A DNA stretch of 64,000 bases, from contig NW_024704743.1 of the NCBI RefSeq assembly GCF_018977255.1, positions 5,272,001-5,336,000 on the forward strand, read 5' to 3'. The notes below the pieces were generated by a model that saw only the letters and a program-made list of their open reading frames with translations, did no database searches and was not told the origin of the DNA. The translations under genes and the position numbers were made by a program. The DNA comes from Callorhinchus milii (Eukaryota). Below, piece by piece: positions 1-10,937 of the stretch; the first letter of the stretch is position 1, and each line of letters starts with the position of its first letter.

Positions 1-419
1 CAAGGCCTCTAGAGCAGCAGTTTGAGAGGAGCCATCGTACAAACTGCAAGCTGGTCTCTCTCCTAAATCCACGTTGGGGATACGAGGCTTATACCTGGGC
101 TGTCCAGGGAGAATAAGAACTGTGACAAGGAGATGACAGCAGCAAGGTCCCGGGTGGGGGCGGTGGGGGGGAAGTCAGATGAGGCGGATGGGGTCTGAGT
201 GGTTTAGCAGGGCAGACGTGATGGGCAGAGTCAGAGCAGATGGGTGGGGCAGACAGGGGTGGGCAAGATAGACAGGGATGGGACGTGATGGACTGACAGG
301 CTCTGAAGCTCTGAGTTAAAACCGGTGACAAGTTAAGAATGAAAACATTGCAGCTCTCTTTTTGAGAAAATACAAAGGAGCCAGTGATGAGAGGCAGCAC
401 ATAGACCATAGGTGCGTCT

Positions 420-745
420 CAAAGCCTACCCTCTCCCCCTGGTGCAAGAGTCACCTCCGCTCCTTCAAATCCCAAGTCCGGTCACTCGAGCACAGATGGC
501 ACAAAACCAGCCTCACTGTTCACCGGCAACTGTGACTCAAGCAACTTCACACCAACCACCTCTCTCTCTCTCTCTCCCTCACGCCAAAACCGCTTTCTGT
601 TCTAAACTCATCCTCGAGGCCAAACACAACCCCAAAGTCCTTTTCTGCGTGACCCACTCCCTCCTCCACATCCCGATCCTCACCTCAGATGCCAAGTGCA
701 AAGAGGTCCTGGACTTTTTTCTCATCAAATCGACAACATCTGCCT
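420..745 (+). mobile_element. L2-clade LINE ORF2 fragment (region between endonuclease and RT)
   Basis: Translates to PWCKSHLRSFKSQVRSLEHRWHKTSLTVHRQL, then KTAFCSKLILEAKHNPKVLF, typical L2 ORF2 linker motifs. Confidence 0.7.
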
Positions 746-834
746 GGCTGCCTCCTCCTCCTTCTCCCACCCCCCCAACCCCATGTCGCCTACCAGCCCC
801 CAGGCCTTCCTTACCACCCTCTTCTCCTGCCACC

Positions 835-1990
835 ACAACAACAAAATTACATGTGTATAGCGCCTTTCATGTTAGGAGGACTTCCCAAGATGCTGGACAG
901 TCAGTGTTTCGGACACGAGCTGCGGGTTGGGATTGGGGAGGGTGGAGGGCAGGCGTGGGGAAGGAAGGTGATTGAAAGCATGATCGAAGAGGAGGGTCTT
1001 GAGATGGGTCTTGAAGGAGACAAGGGGGCGAGGTGGAGGGACTGCAGGATGGAGTTCCAGAGGGTGGAGGCAGAAGGCCCTCCCGCCAATGGTGGGGTAG
1101 GCAAGGTGGGGAACGTAAAGCAGGCTGGAGCCCCCGAGCGGAGGGAGTGAGCAGGATAGTAGGGAGTTAGGAGGTCACAGAGGTAGGGAGAGAACGAGGC
1201 CATGGAGGGCTTTTTGAAGGATTAGGATCTCGAACTGTATCCTCTGTGATGGGAAGCCAGTGGAGTCGGGCGAGGATGGGGCTGATAGGGTCACGGAGCT
1301 GGGTGCAGGAGAGGACACGGGCTGCAGAGTTCTGGCTGATCTGCAACCTATGGAGGAAGGAGCTGGGGAGACTGACAAGCAAGGAGTTTGCATAGTCAAG
1401 CTTGGATGTTATGAATGCGTGTATGAGAGTTTCGGCAGCCTGAGGTGTGAGACAGTGGCAGAGCCGGGCGATGTTGCGGAGGTGGGGGAAGGCAGAGCGG
1501 GTCATGTTATGGATGCGGGGTAGAAAGGACAGTTGAGGCTCAAAGAAGACGCCAAGATTCCGGACTGGCTTAGTAAGGTGGAGTGTGCAACCATGGATGG
1601 TGATGCTGTCAGCGCCTGAGGTGTGGAGGCACTGACGGGAGCCAATCAGGAGAGCCTCGGTCTTGTTGACGGTCAACTGAAGAAATTTAGCTGTCATCCA
1701 AGACTTGATGTCTGACAGACATTCTGTCAAAACAGCAGTGGTTCTGGAGTCAAGGATGGAGGAAGAGAGGTATCGTTGGGTGTCAACTGCATACATGTGG
1801 AAGTTGACCCCATGTGGATGATGTCACCAATAGAGAGCATATAGATATTGAAGAGGAAAGGACTAAGGACAGAGCCCGAAGGAACATCGCACAAGATGAT
1901 GCGGGGACTAGAGGAGAAACCTGTTGTGGAGATGAAGTGAAGGCGTGTGAGAGGTATGATCTGAACCATTCAAGGACAGAACCCTGAAGA
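835..1990 (-). mobile_element. 5'-truncated L2 LINE (RT C-terminal half plus 3' tail)
   Basis: Degenerate RT motifs VPSGSVLSPFLFNIYM, MYAVDTQRY, KTEALLIG, RNLGVFF, LIHAFITSKLDYANSLL, LHWLPI. The 3' tail ends in (TTG)n. Confidence 0.9.
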
Positions 1991-1994
1991 TTGA

Positions 1995-2255
1995 GCGCCT
2001 TTCACCTCCCCTCCACTCTACCATCGATGGCCGTGCTTTCAGTCACTACGCCCCGAAGCTGGAAATCTCTCCCTCAATCCCTCCACCTTGTCCCTCCCTC
2101 CCCACTTTCAAATCCTGCCTCTTCCTTTTTGATCGTGTTTATGGTCATCTCCCACCTTCCTCTACTCCTGGCTCAGGGTCAGATTCCGCCACTGTTAAGC
2201 GCTCCGGGACGCTACCCAGTGTGAAGGGTACTATATAAAAGCAAGTTGTTGTAGA
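1995..2255 (+). mobile_element. L2 3'-end fragment (second tail type)
   Basis: GRAFS..P..WxSLP-like coding remnant, then the tail gttaagcgctccgggacgctacccagtgtgaagggtactatataaaagcaagttgttg. Confidence 0.75.
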
Positions 2256-2449
2256 TCAGTGTGTGTGTGTGATCTGCCCAGTCTGGGCTCAGATTTACAC
2301 ATGCAGAGTGATTACATTGTAGTCATGTTCCGTTGGCTTCCGTCGGAAGCTGGTTACAGCACTGTCTGAGGGGGAGCTCACAGCCTACAACTGTAAGACC
2401 CTGCTACAATAGACATTAGAGGTATTAGTAAATAAATGGTAGAGAAAGT

Positions 2450-2775
2450 GGAGTCCTGTAGCTCAGTGGTTAGAGCACTCGCTTTGCAAGTGAGAGACCT
2501 GAGTTCAATTCCAGGCAGAGGGCGAAACCTTGGGCAAGTTTCCTTACTCCACACAGAGCCTAATAATAATCCCTCCAAAACCAAAAACAATAATAAATTG
2601 GTCATTTTCAATCTACGACTGTTTGTGGGACATTGCTGTGCACAATTGGCTGCCGCGTTCGCCCACAAATATACAGTCAATTCACTTTACAGTGTGTTCT
2701 GAGAAGCGCTTTGGGACGTCCTCCCGACGTGAAAAGCGGTATATCAAATGCAAGGATTATTATTATTATTATTAT
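2450..2775 (+). mobile_element. tRNA-headed SINE with Deu-type body and L2-like tail (young subfamily)
   Basis: Head GGAGTCCTGTAGCTCAGTGGTTAGAGC (A box) ... GAGTTCAATTCC (B box), body TGCTGTGCACAATTGGCTGCCGCGTT, tail AAGCGCTTTGGGACGTCCTCCCGACGTGAAAAGCG..AAATGCAAGG(ATT)n. Confidence 0.9.
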
Positions 2776-2964
2776 AGTGTAAGAGGAGACGCATACAACA
2801 TAGTCAGCAACTTAAAGGCATTTTAATCCTGTTCTTTTAAATTTGTTTTAGTTCTATTGTGGGAAAAGTGCTTCTGTCACATCAATTAAAGGTGACTCTT
2901 GAGCTCTGTAGTAAAGGTGGTGAAACTGTGTTAATGAAAAGCGGTTGACTTCCGTAATAAGGGG

Positions 2965-3340
2965 GATAATAATAATAATCCTTGCATTTGATATAGCGCC
3001 TTATCACGTCTTCGAGATGTGGCAAAGTTCTTCACAGCATATGCTGTAAAGTGAATTGACTGTACATTTTGTGGGTGAAACGCAGCAGCCAATTGCGCAC
3101 AGCAGCGTCCCACAAACAGTCGTGGATTAAGTGACCCGTTTATTTAAAAAAAAGTAAGCAATTCATTTCCCTGGAAAAGCAGTCCACCAATCAACTAACA
3201 ATCCTACTTACTAATTCCTACTTACTGCTGAGTCAACAGAGGCATGTAAGAAGACTTGCCTAACGTTTCACCCGGCCTGGGAATCAAATTCAGGTCCTCT
3301 CACTTGCTGGGCGAGTGCTCTAACCACTAAGTTACAGTCA
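2965..3340 (-). mobile_element. tRNA-headed SINE copy
   Basis: Reverse-complement match to the same SINE, tail-to-tail with 2450-2775. Confidence 0.85.
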
Positions 3341-3655
3341 TCCTCCCGACCTGAAAGGCGCTTTACAAATGTAATTTTGTTGTTGTTGTTGTTGTTGTTA
3401 TACCGCACCGGGTAGAGAGCTCCCCGAGTTGCTGCACACACGCCACAAAGTGATGTGTTGTGAATGAATCGTGTCCCACGCACGAGGGAATAGAACAGAC
3501 GATACAATTGTCCCATGAGCTGCCCACAAACACAAACAGTAACATCTCTCCCTGTGTGCTGGCAGCTCAGGGAGATTGCGTGCCACACGCACCAGGGGTA
3601 CAAAGCCTTGCAGTGCCTCACACTTAAACCTATTGTCTGCAAACTCAGAGACCGT

Positions 3656-3864
3656 TGTTTGGCGGAAGGTTTGAAAAGCAGCCTTCGCTTTACAATCGGG
3701 ATCCCAGTTCTTTATTTGATACGGTAAAACTCACACAAGTCTCATCTTTATAAATCGTATAATCGTCTTAAGTCGTACATCCACCCGTGTCTCATTCAGT
3801 TTCCTATCAAACCTACTTAGGTTTCTTTGCACTGCTCATATTAATCACCAACTAACTCGTGACA
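3656..3864 (-). mobile_element. Possible short LTR with an adjacent polypurine tract
   Basis: Minus strand: GGAGGGTAGGGGGGTGA|TGT...TATAAA...AATAAA...AACA. No second copy in the window. Confidence 0.3.
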
Positions 3865-4159
3865 TCACCCCCCTACCCTCCATTGCTCCCGCACTTATCG
3901 GCTGCTGTGAATTACACAAGCGCAGTGTAGATTATTGATTAAATTGGATTTTAGACAATTGATACAGTTTGCCTGCAGCTCGTACTTTGCCCAAGTCATA
4001 TTAAATATTATAATCCCGACTGACACAAACTACTGATCCCAAAGCCACCACATTTATCACTGTTTCAAAAGTCAGCAAAATCTTACATTTGACGGTGAAA
4101 GTCTTAGGCCTAAGAACATAATGAATTTCAGGCCTGTCACATCTCAAAGGTGTTTTTTG

Positions 4160-4510
4160 TCCCCTGCTCTCCCCCCGCCCCCGCTCTCCCCCCGCCCCCG
4201 CTCTGCCCCCCGCCCCCGCTCTGCCCCCCGCCCCGCTCTCCCCCCGCCCCCGCTCTCCCCCGCCCCCGCTCTCCCCCCGCCCCCGCTCTCCCCCCCCGCT
4301 CTGCCCCCGCCCCCGCTCTGCCCCCCGCCCCCGCTCTGCCCCCCGCCCCCGCTCTGCCCCCCGCCCCCGCTCTGCCCCCCGCCCCCGCTCTCCCCCCGCC
4401 CCCGCTCTCCCCCCCGCCCCCGCTCTCCCCCCCGCCCCCGCTCTCCCCCGCCCCCTCTCCCCCCGCCCCCGCTCTGCCCCCACCCCCGCTCTGCCCCCAC
4501 CCCTGCTCCC
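4160..4510. repeat. GC-rich ~18-bp minisatellite (CCCCGCTCTGCCCCCCG-like); G4-prone on the minus strand
   Basis: Direct tandem repeats; the source of the spurious Pro- and Gly-rich ORFs. Confidence 0.95.
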
Positions 4511-5071
4511 CCAACCCCTGCTTTCCTCCCACCCCTACCGCTAGTGTGAGCGGTAGTTTAATTACCCCACGTTCAGCTATTTCATCTGCACAGAGGCATC
4601 AGTGAGTGTGAGTCAAGCGGCGAGTAGATACGAGCAGTAAGTGGCAGCCCTCGTCCTGCCTGCAGCACAGTGGCTCTGACTGAAACCCTTTGTAAACACT
4701 TGCCGGATCTGTGCCCATTCAGGCGGTTATTACGAGAGTTCACCTCGGCAGCTACAGGCATCGGGACCCCCTCAGCCCCTCTCATTTTACTCTCATAATT
4801 CATTGCCATAATCGCAATGCAAGAGGTTCACTACATCTGCTTAACATCATCACGGTGCACACTTCACAGCTGAGTGCATTGGTTTGACATATTGCTGGAG
4901 CAGAGGTAATAAGGTGGCACAGCATAAAATACATTGCTGCCGGTAATTGATAGCTGTTGGATGTGGCCACATTGTGTCTGTGACAGATAATAGCTCAGAT
5001 AGGAGAACAGTTAGCTGTTGGCTTTATGATCCTGAATTGAAATGCACCCAAAACAAGCTGCCTTTATAACT

Positions 5072-5210
5072 AGGAATACTCAGCTGGTTAAGCAGCATCT
5101 ATGGAGAGAGGAAAGTGAGTTAACATTTCAGGTCGATGATCTTTCGAGGGTTCCCAGCAACTTCTGTTTTTATTTCAGATGATTTCCAGCATCCGCAGTA
5201 TTTTGCCTTA
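5072..5210. mobile_element. Penelope-like element fragment, two arms in opposite orientation
   Basis: 5072-5147 matches 13395-13467 directly. 5150-5210 matches the reverse complement of 13343-13397. Confidence 0.6.
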
Positions 5211-5904
5211 TGCCTTTTATGACTGGTTTTCTCCTCACATTAACAGATTGGGCTCTTTAGACATGTTTTCATTTGAGGTTTCTGTGGGACAGAGGTGGGC
5301 GAGGGAGCCCCAGCCGCAGCCCACAAACCTCAAACCGGTCTTTAGTAATGATTCATATTTAGTGAGACCCTGGGTTAGTCTGATAGCTTGGTTTGTTACT
5401 GGCTGCGGAATGTGACACTAATTGTTTCAAAAGGGGCTCAGTGTAAGAAAACTATCATCAATATCAGATTTGTGGGTGAATTGGAAGTCTGTGTTTGTCT
5501 GCCTTCCACCTCTGTCTATCCCTATGTGTATCTGTGTCAGTCTCTCTCTGTTTGCCTGCACTTCTGTCTCTGTCGATCCATCTCCCTTCTGTCTCTGTCG
5601 ATCCATCTCCATGTGTGTCTGTTTGTGTTTGCCTGCCTGTCTGACAGTGCCTGGCTGTCCACCTCTGCTGTCCTCTGTCTCTCTGTGCCTCAATGTATTT
5701 GCTTCTGTCTGTTTGTTTGACTCTCTCTTTCTCTGTTGACCCATCAGTTTATCACTCTGTTCCTCCTCTCCCTCTATCTATGGCAGAGCCTTTTTGTGGG
5801 CACAAGTGATCAAGAAGGGCTGCGCTGTATGTGGGGGGAGAGAGGAAAGGTGATGATTTGAGCTGAGGAACTGGAGCTTTGTGCAAACTCAGCTATTATA
5901 TTAC

Positions 5905-6122
5905 TTACAGAGAGTTGTTACGGCCTGGAATGCATTGCCTGAAAGGCTGGTGGAAACAGATTTAATAAGAACTTTCAAAAGGGAATTGGATATGTACTTG
6001 AAAAGGAAAATTTTTCAAGGAGAGTGGGGAATTGGGACTGATTGTGTGGCTCTTCCAAAGAGCCGGCACAAGCCTGATGGGCTGAATGGCCTCCTACTGT
6101 GCTGTAATATTCTATGATTCTA
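5905..6122 (+). mobile_element. CR1 3'-end fragment
   Basis: QRVVTAWNALPERLVE..FKRELDMYL plus tail gggctgaatggcctcctactgtgctgtaatattctatgattcta. Confidence 0.85.
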
Positions 6123-6744
6123 CAGTAAACAAGAGACTGGTGTACAGAACACACAGTGTAGACGTTTAGAAGCCGACAGCCTGCTGTGACCAGGACATGG
6201 AGTCTGAGAGGGTTAAATACAGACAATTATCCTAAACCACTGATTGCTATACACGTGGCTGATGTCTGGTTGTTTTATTAAGGGCAGAAAGCTGTTAAAT
6301 GGACTCCACTGTTTTTTTACATAAATTAGCTAAGAAACTATGAATCACTGCCACAGCTGGTTCCCTTCTCAATAACACACCACGTTCCCTCCCAACGGGC
6401 AGCCCAGGAGAGAGACAGTCCCGAGACACTCACAGATATCAGCCAGCTCAGCAATACCAACAGCAATCTCGCCTGAACGGCTTCTTATTTACCAGCAACT
6501 CACAGCCCGCCTTCACATAGAGTCAGGTCTCAGAGTGTCATAGCGCTGAGGTGGGCACTGAGCAGGGGAATGGGGGTGGGTGGGGGGGTGAGGTGGGCAG
6601 ACAGTAACCACCTCACCTCCCCTGTTCCCTCCAGTACCTCCCCTGCTCAGAGGTGCAGAGGGAACGGGATGTGCTGCTTCAATGGTAGAGCTGTAATCAC
6701 TGAGACACTGGGTGCCAGTGCGGCCAGGAGTCACACAGGGCAAG

Positions 6745-6955
6745 CAGAGCAGAGAATCACAGCAGAGCAGCACAGAGCAGAGCAGCACAGAGCAGAGGAG
6801 CACAGAGCATCACAGAGCAGAGCATCACAGCGCAGAGCATCACAGCGCAGAACAGAGCAAAGCATCGCAGAGCATCACAGCGCAGAGCATCACAGCGCAG
6901 AGCATCAGAGAATCGCATCACAGAGCAGAGCATTGCAGCGCAGAGCAAAGCAGAA
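6745..6955. repeat. 15-bp minisatellite (CACAGCGCAGAGCAT-like)
   Basis: Tandem repeats visible directly. Confidence 0.9.
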
Positions 6956-7214
6956 CAGAAAGTACGGAAGCAGCAGTTTTTTAAGCAGCTTTAATTACAG
7001 CTTCAATTTAATTCATTAGCATTGCAGCCACAAACAGGCTGATAAAGCGATGCTGCTCTTACACATTGGCCATTAAAACTGGATAATTGATTGTGTATTC
7101 TGCACATTAAGAAATTGTATTAGTGCCGTACAGCATCCTGACTGCAAGATAAATCACTTCAGTTTGTAAACTAGTGTCTAACCCAGTGTATGTCTAACCC
7201 AGTGTGAGTAACAC

Positions 7215-7405
7215 AGGGTCACTGTGCGCGTGAGGGTCACTGTGCGCGTGAGGGTCACTGTGCGCGTGAGGGTCACGGTGCCGTGAGGGTCACGGTGCCC
7301 GTGAGGGTCACGGTGCCCGTGAGGGTCACGGTGCCCGTGAGGGTCACGGTGCCCGTGAGGGTCACGGTGCGCGTGAGGGTCACTATGCGAGTGAGGGACA
7401 CTGTG
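7215..7405. repeat. 18-bp minisatellite (AGGGTCACGGTGCCCGTG and variants), about 10 units
   Basis: Tandem repeats ~120 bp upstream of the ZC3H3 acceptor. Confidence 0.95.
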
Positions 7406-7524
7406 TGTCTCCGGGAGGAGTTGTAGGCTCTGTTAATCAGTGGAAGACCATGACCAATTCAGGAGGAGCTGAACAGGGACAGGAGCAGCGGCTCAGAATT
7501 CACAGCTTTGTTCTTCTCTTCCAG

Positions 7525-7556
7525 GGAAGCCCATGCGGATCAAACCCAGACTGTGA
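7525..7556 (+). CDS. ZC3H3: Terminal coding exon of zinc finger CCCH-type protein 3 (upstream exons lie outside the window)
   Basis: A strong acceptor (tttgttcttctcttccAG, ending 7524) is followed by GG AAG CCC ATG CGG ATC AAA CCC AGA CTG TGA = (G)KPMRIKPRL*. This matches the mammalian ZC3H3 C-terminus GKPLHIKPRL as I recall it. It has the same strand and upstream position relative to MAFA as in mammals. Confidence 0.85.
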
Positions 7557-8033
7557 TTGTTTCACCAGGGCCACAAAACCTGTCCAGACCACACCAGCAA
7601 CCTGTCCAGTCAGGGGCCTCAACACGTGCTGTGTGCCCCCCGGGAGCAGCATTAACCTGCAGCGAGAGAAACGTCTGATCAGTCTGGCCTCTGAACCGCT
7701 CCAGTGTAACATGGCTATCAATGTCCTTCGTACTCTTGATTCTCATGATTCTGCACATGGCGGCCAGGGCTCAGCTCTCACAGCATCGGCCAAGGTGTTT
7801 AGTTAGTCTGGGAGAGCAACGTAAGGTGTATGGTGAGGGCAGTGTGAACAGATGAACATTATCTGCCACCAGAGCTGAACACACTTCACACCTCAGCGTC
7901 TCACTGAAGAGCCAGACCCCCCCGAGCCAGTCACAGTGTTTCGGGATTTGCGGGCTGGGAACAGTGAAGGGGCTCACACTGGCAGATTTTCTTTTAAAAT
8001 AGAAATTTATTTATTTGTGGAGTTTCAATTACA

Positions 8034-8039
8034 AATAAA
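8034..8039 (+). terminator. Likely ZC3H3 polyadenylation signal
   Basis: AATAAA ~480 nt after the stop, with U-rich sequence upstream and a GU-rich tract (gtctgtgccgtgtttgt) ~20-30 nt downstream. Confidence 0.65.
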
Positions 8040-8172
8040 AGTTATTTACTAGAGTCTGTGCCGTGTTTGTTAGGCGATTGAGAGACACAAGATGCCCATT
8101 TTCCTTCACAATCTGTAATCTCATATCTCCTCAGCTCTGAAGCTGTTTACGGGTTCACTAAGGAACTCATTT

Positions 8173-8530
8173 AATAATAATCCTAATAATATAATAATCC
8201 TTGCATTTGATATATCGCCTTATCACATTGTTGAGCCGCCTCAAAATGCTTCAAAGAATATACTGTAAAGTGAATTGATTATATTTTGTGGGCAAAACAC
8301 AGCAGCGAATTGCACACAGCAGTGTCCCACAAACAGTCGTGGTTGAGTGACCACAACTTTTTTTTGGAGGGATTACTACCCCCGGAAAGCGATCCGCCAA
8401 TCCATTAACAACCGGGTTCCTACTTACTGATAGGTAAACATTGTGGAGTAAGTAAACTTGCCCAGCCCGGGAATCAAACCCTGGCCCTCTTGCTTGCGTG
8501 TGTGCAAACCACTGCGCTACAAGACTCCAC
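8173..8530 (-). mobile_element. tRNA-headed SINE copy
   Basis: Head, body and (ATT)n tail present. Confidence 0.85.
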
Positions 8531-9519
8531 ATTTCTGTTTAATATTGTTGAATTTTTTTTGCTATTGATTCTTGAAGAACTTTGCTTGTAATTCGTTCTG
8601 ACTTTCACTTTTTAAAATCCCCTCCATGTGATCTCGCAGCAGTCCTCAGTTCTTACTTAGTATCTGTGCATCTGAGACAAAGGTCCTCATGAACCGCTTT
8701 CTATTCACTCCCATTGGATGGGTTCTTATCTGTCTCTTAAACCCTGCTGTAGCTGAGCTGAGATTTTCCTGACACTGGAAGCCCGGAATGGGAAATTGTT
8801 CCATTCCCAATCGCTGACATCCCTCCGTCAGCTGGGCCAACACACCTAAATGAGCATGAAACTCGCCCCGGGCCAAATACAACTCAGTCAACCATGAAGC
8901 TACACGTTGGGCTGGGTTTGGGGTCGGTTTTTCGATTCCCAGGATCTGACATCCAGCTCTGTGCTGCCATGTACCTGTTGCCAGGAGTTGCCAGCCTCAC
9001 ATGTCCCTCCAGAACCCTGCCCCGCTTCGCACCTGGGAGAGATGCTATTCCCCGCGGGCAGACAATCTGCGCACACCAATGTCCCACAGCAACAGCCCAA
9101 TCAGTTGTAAAGTGAAAGCCATGATAGCCCTTATCTCGTGGAAACCTCTTTCCAATCTTCTCAGAGATTTCCGTTGTCTTTGTGAAGTGCTGCTGGAGCT
9201 TCCGCTGTGGGACAAGACATTTAGTGTTGAGTTATATTCTGGGACCATGTCCCTGTAGAATCGCATCCTGCACTGGATTTGGTGCTGACGCTCAGAGCTG
9301 AGTATGTTTGGGGGTAACCTGAATCTTACACACAAACAAGTTCGTCTGCCAAGGGAGTCCGCAAGGCCCCAGTGTGTGGTATTAGTGTGTGGTCCCCAGC
9401 ACCAGCTCTGAGGATGAGGTCAGTGAGACTGAGCCCACATTATTCCCTCCAGCTGAGGATGGCTTTGACTTGGCAGTGGGGCAAATCTCCCCGAATGTCA
9501 GTAAATAAATGGACTAAAA

Positions 9520-9870
9520 ACAACTTGCATTTGTTATAGCACCCTTCACATGGGGTAGTGTCCCAGAGCACTTGGTGGTGATGGGAGTCTGACACCGAGC
9601 CAGGGGGAGAGGGATGGGCGAGGTGACCGTAAACATGATCGAAAAAGGTCTTGAGGCAGGATTTGAAGGTAGGGGAGGGAGAAGGCAAGGTGGAGGGACC
9701 GAGGGAGAGATTTCCAGAGTTTTGGGGCATAGTGGCTTAATGGTGGAGCGGAGGGGATGAGGGACAAACAGAAGGCTGGAGTCAGATGAGCGGAGGTGGT
9801 GGGTGGTAAATAGATCAGATAGGTAGGGAGGTGCGAGGGGATGAAGGGATTTGAAAGCAAGTGAGAGGCT
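9520..9870 (-). mobile_element. L2 3'-end fragment
   Basis: FKSLHPLAPPYLSDL...LRSSDSSLLFVP remnant plus L2 tail. Confidence 0.8.
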
Positions 9871-10200
9871 AAAAATAGCAGAAACCAGAGGAATTGTTTT
9901 TGAAACAAATGGTAGCACTATATTTATACGTCTCACAACCCTGCGTTTGATACAGCAACTTGACGTGTGAAACATGCAAAGCTCTGCTCAGGTAACTGCT
10001 GTCAACGGGAGGATTATTTATAGGCAAACGCGGAAGCCAAATTTGCATACAGTGTCCCACAAACAGTCCTGACGTAAATGACCAATTTCTCGGTATATGT
10101 TGTTGGTCAGGACATCTGGAGAAACTCCGAACAGCGTGTGAGATTTATAACGCCTGCCTGAACCCTCCTCGCTTCACGTCTCATCTGACATAAAGATTAT

Positions 10201-10764
10201 TTTTGTTGCTCAGCCGGGTGTCTGACACATGCTGAAACCCATCACCGTACTTAACAGTATCCAAACCAAACCAAACTGAGAATTCGATGAATCCCACCTA
10301 CACATGGAAATCCCAGGGATGGTTTGTTGGGAGTGGAATGCGCACTCTCACCTTGGAGGGACGCAAACTGTTTTAATTACCTAATTCTGGAAAGTATTAG
10401 GTGCAAGTTGGCAACCCCAGAGGGTGCATTGGGGTAACTGCTGGAGTCTAACCAGCTAAAACTGCACAGCTTGCCATTGAAATTCCCGCTGCTTGTCCAG
10501 CTAGGACCACCCTATCCATTAGGGCTTTGGCTTACAGGGTTACCAGGAGCTGAGTAAGATGACTCCCTGCCCCCAGTGGCTGGTCTGCCCTTCTAGGTCC
10601 TGCCATTGAGCCAGGCCGGGCTGTGCTGTCATCAGCAGTGCCCCGAATACTGTGGACCCGCCCGGCTCAGGAACCGGACTAGAGACCATCACAGAGGGCC
10701 GGCTCGAGTCCGACTTTCGTTTGCCAGGCATGTCACCTTGGAGCCGGTTCATCTCTGAGGAGAC
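10201..10764 (-). mobile_element. Hairpin-rich repeat family, near full-length copy
   Basis: Reverse complement aligns with 58111-58690 end to end. Confidence 0.85.
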
Positions 10765-10937
10765 ACTTCTGTTTTTATTATCAATGGCTGTATTTCATTT
10801 GCTCGCAGACACGGTGATCAGCTTTGCACAGTACCTAACATGTACAGTAGGGGTCAGTGTGGGAGGTTGTTGGTTCAGCTCACAAACTGGTGGAGAGATA
10901 TTTCAGATTTAGTTGCATTTTGGAGCGTCTAGAAGGG

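Noticed and set aside
2450..2525. tRNA gene (also the other GTAGCTCAGTGGTTAGAGC heads)
   Set aside because: These are SINE heads: no proper acceptor stem, and they run into the SINE body.
4001..4605. Gly/Arg- and Pro-rich ORFs on both strands
   Set aside because: Translations of an 18-bp GC minisatellite.
6376..6526. Possible penultimate ZC3H3 exon (..LHIES|G)
   Set aside because: Poor donor (GTCTCA), no clear acceptor and no recognisable ZC3H3 motif.
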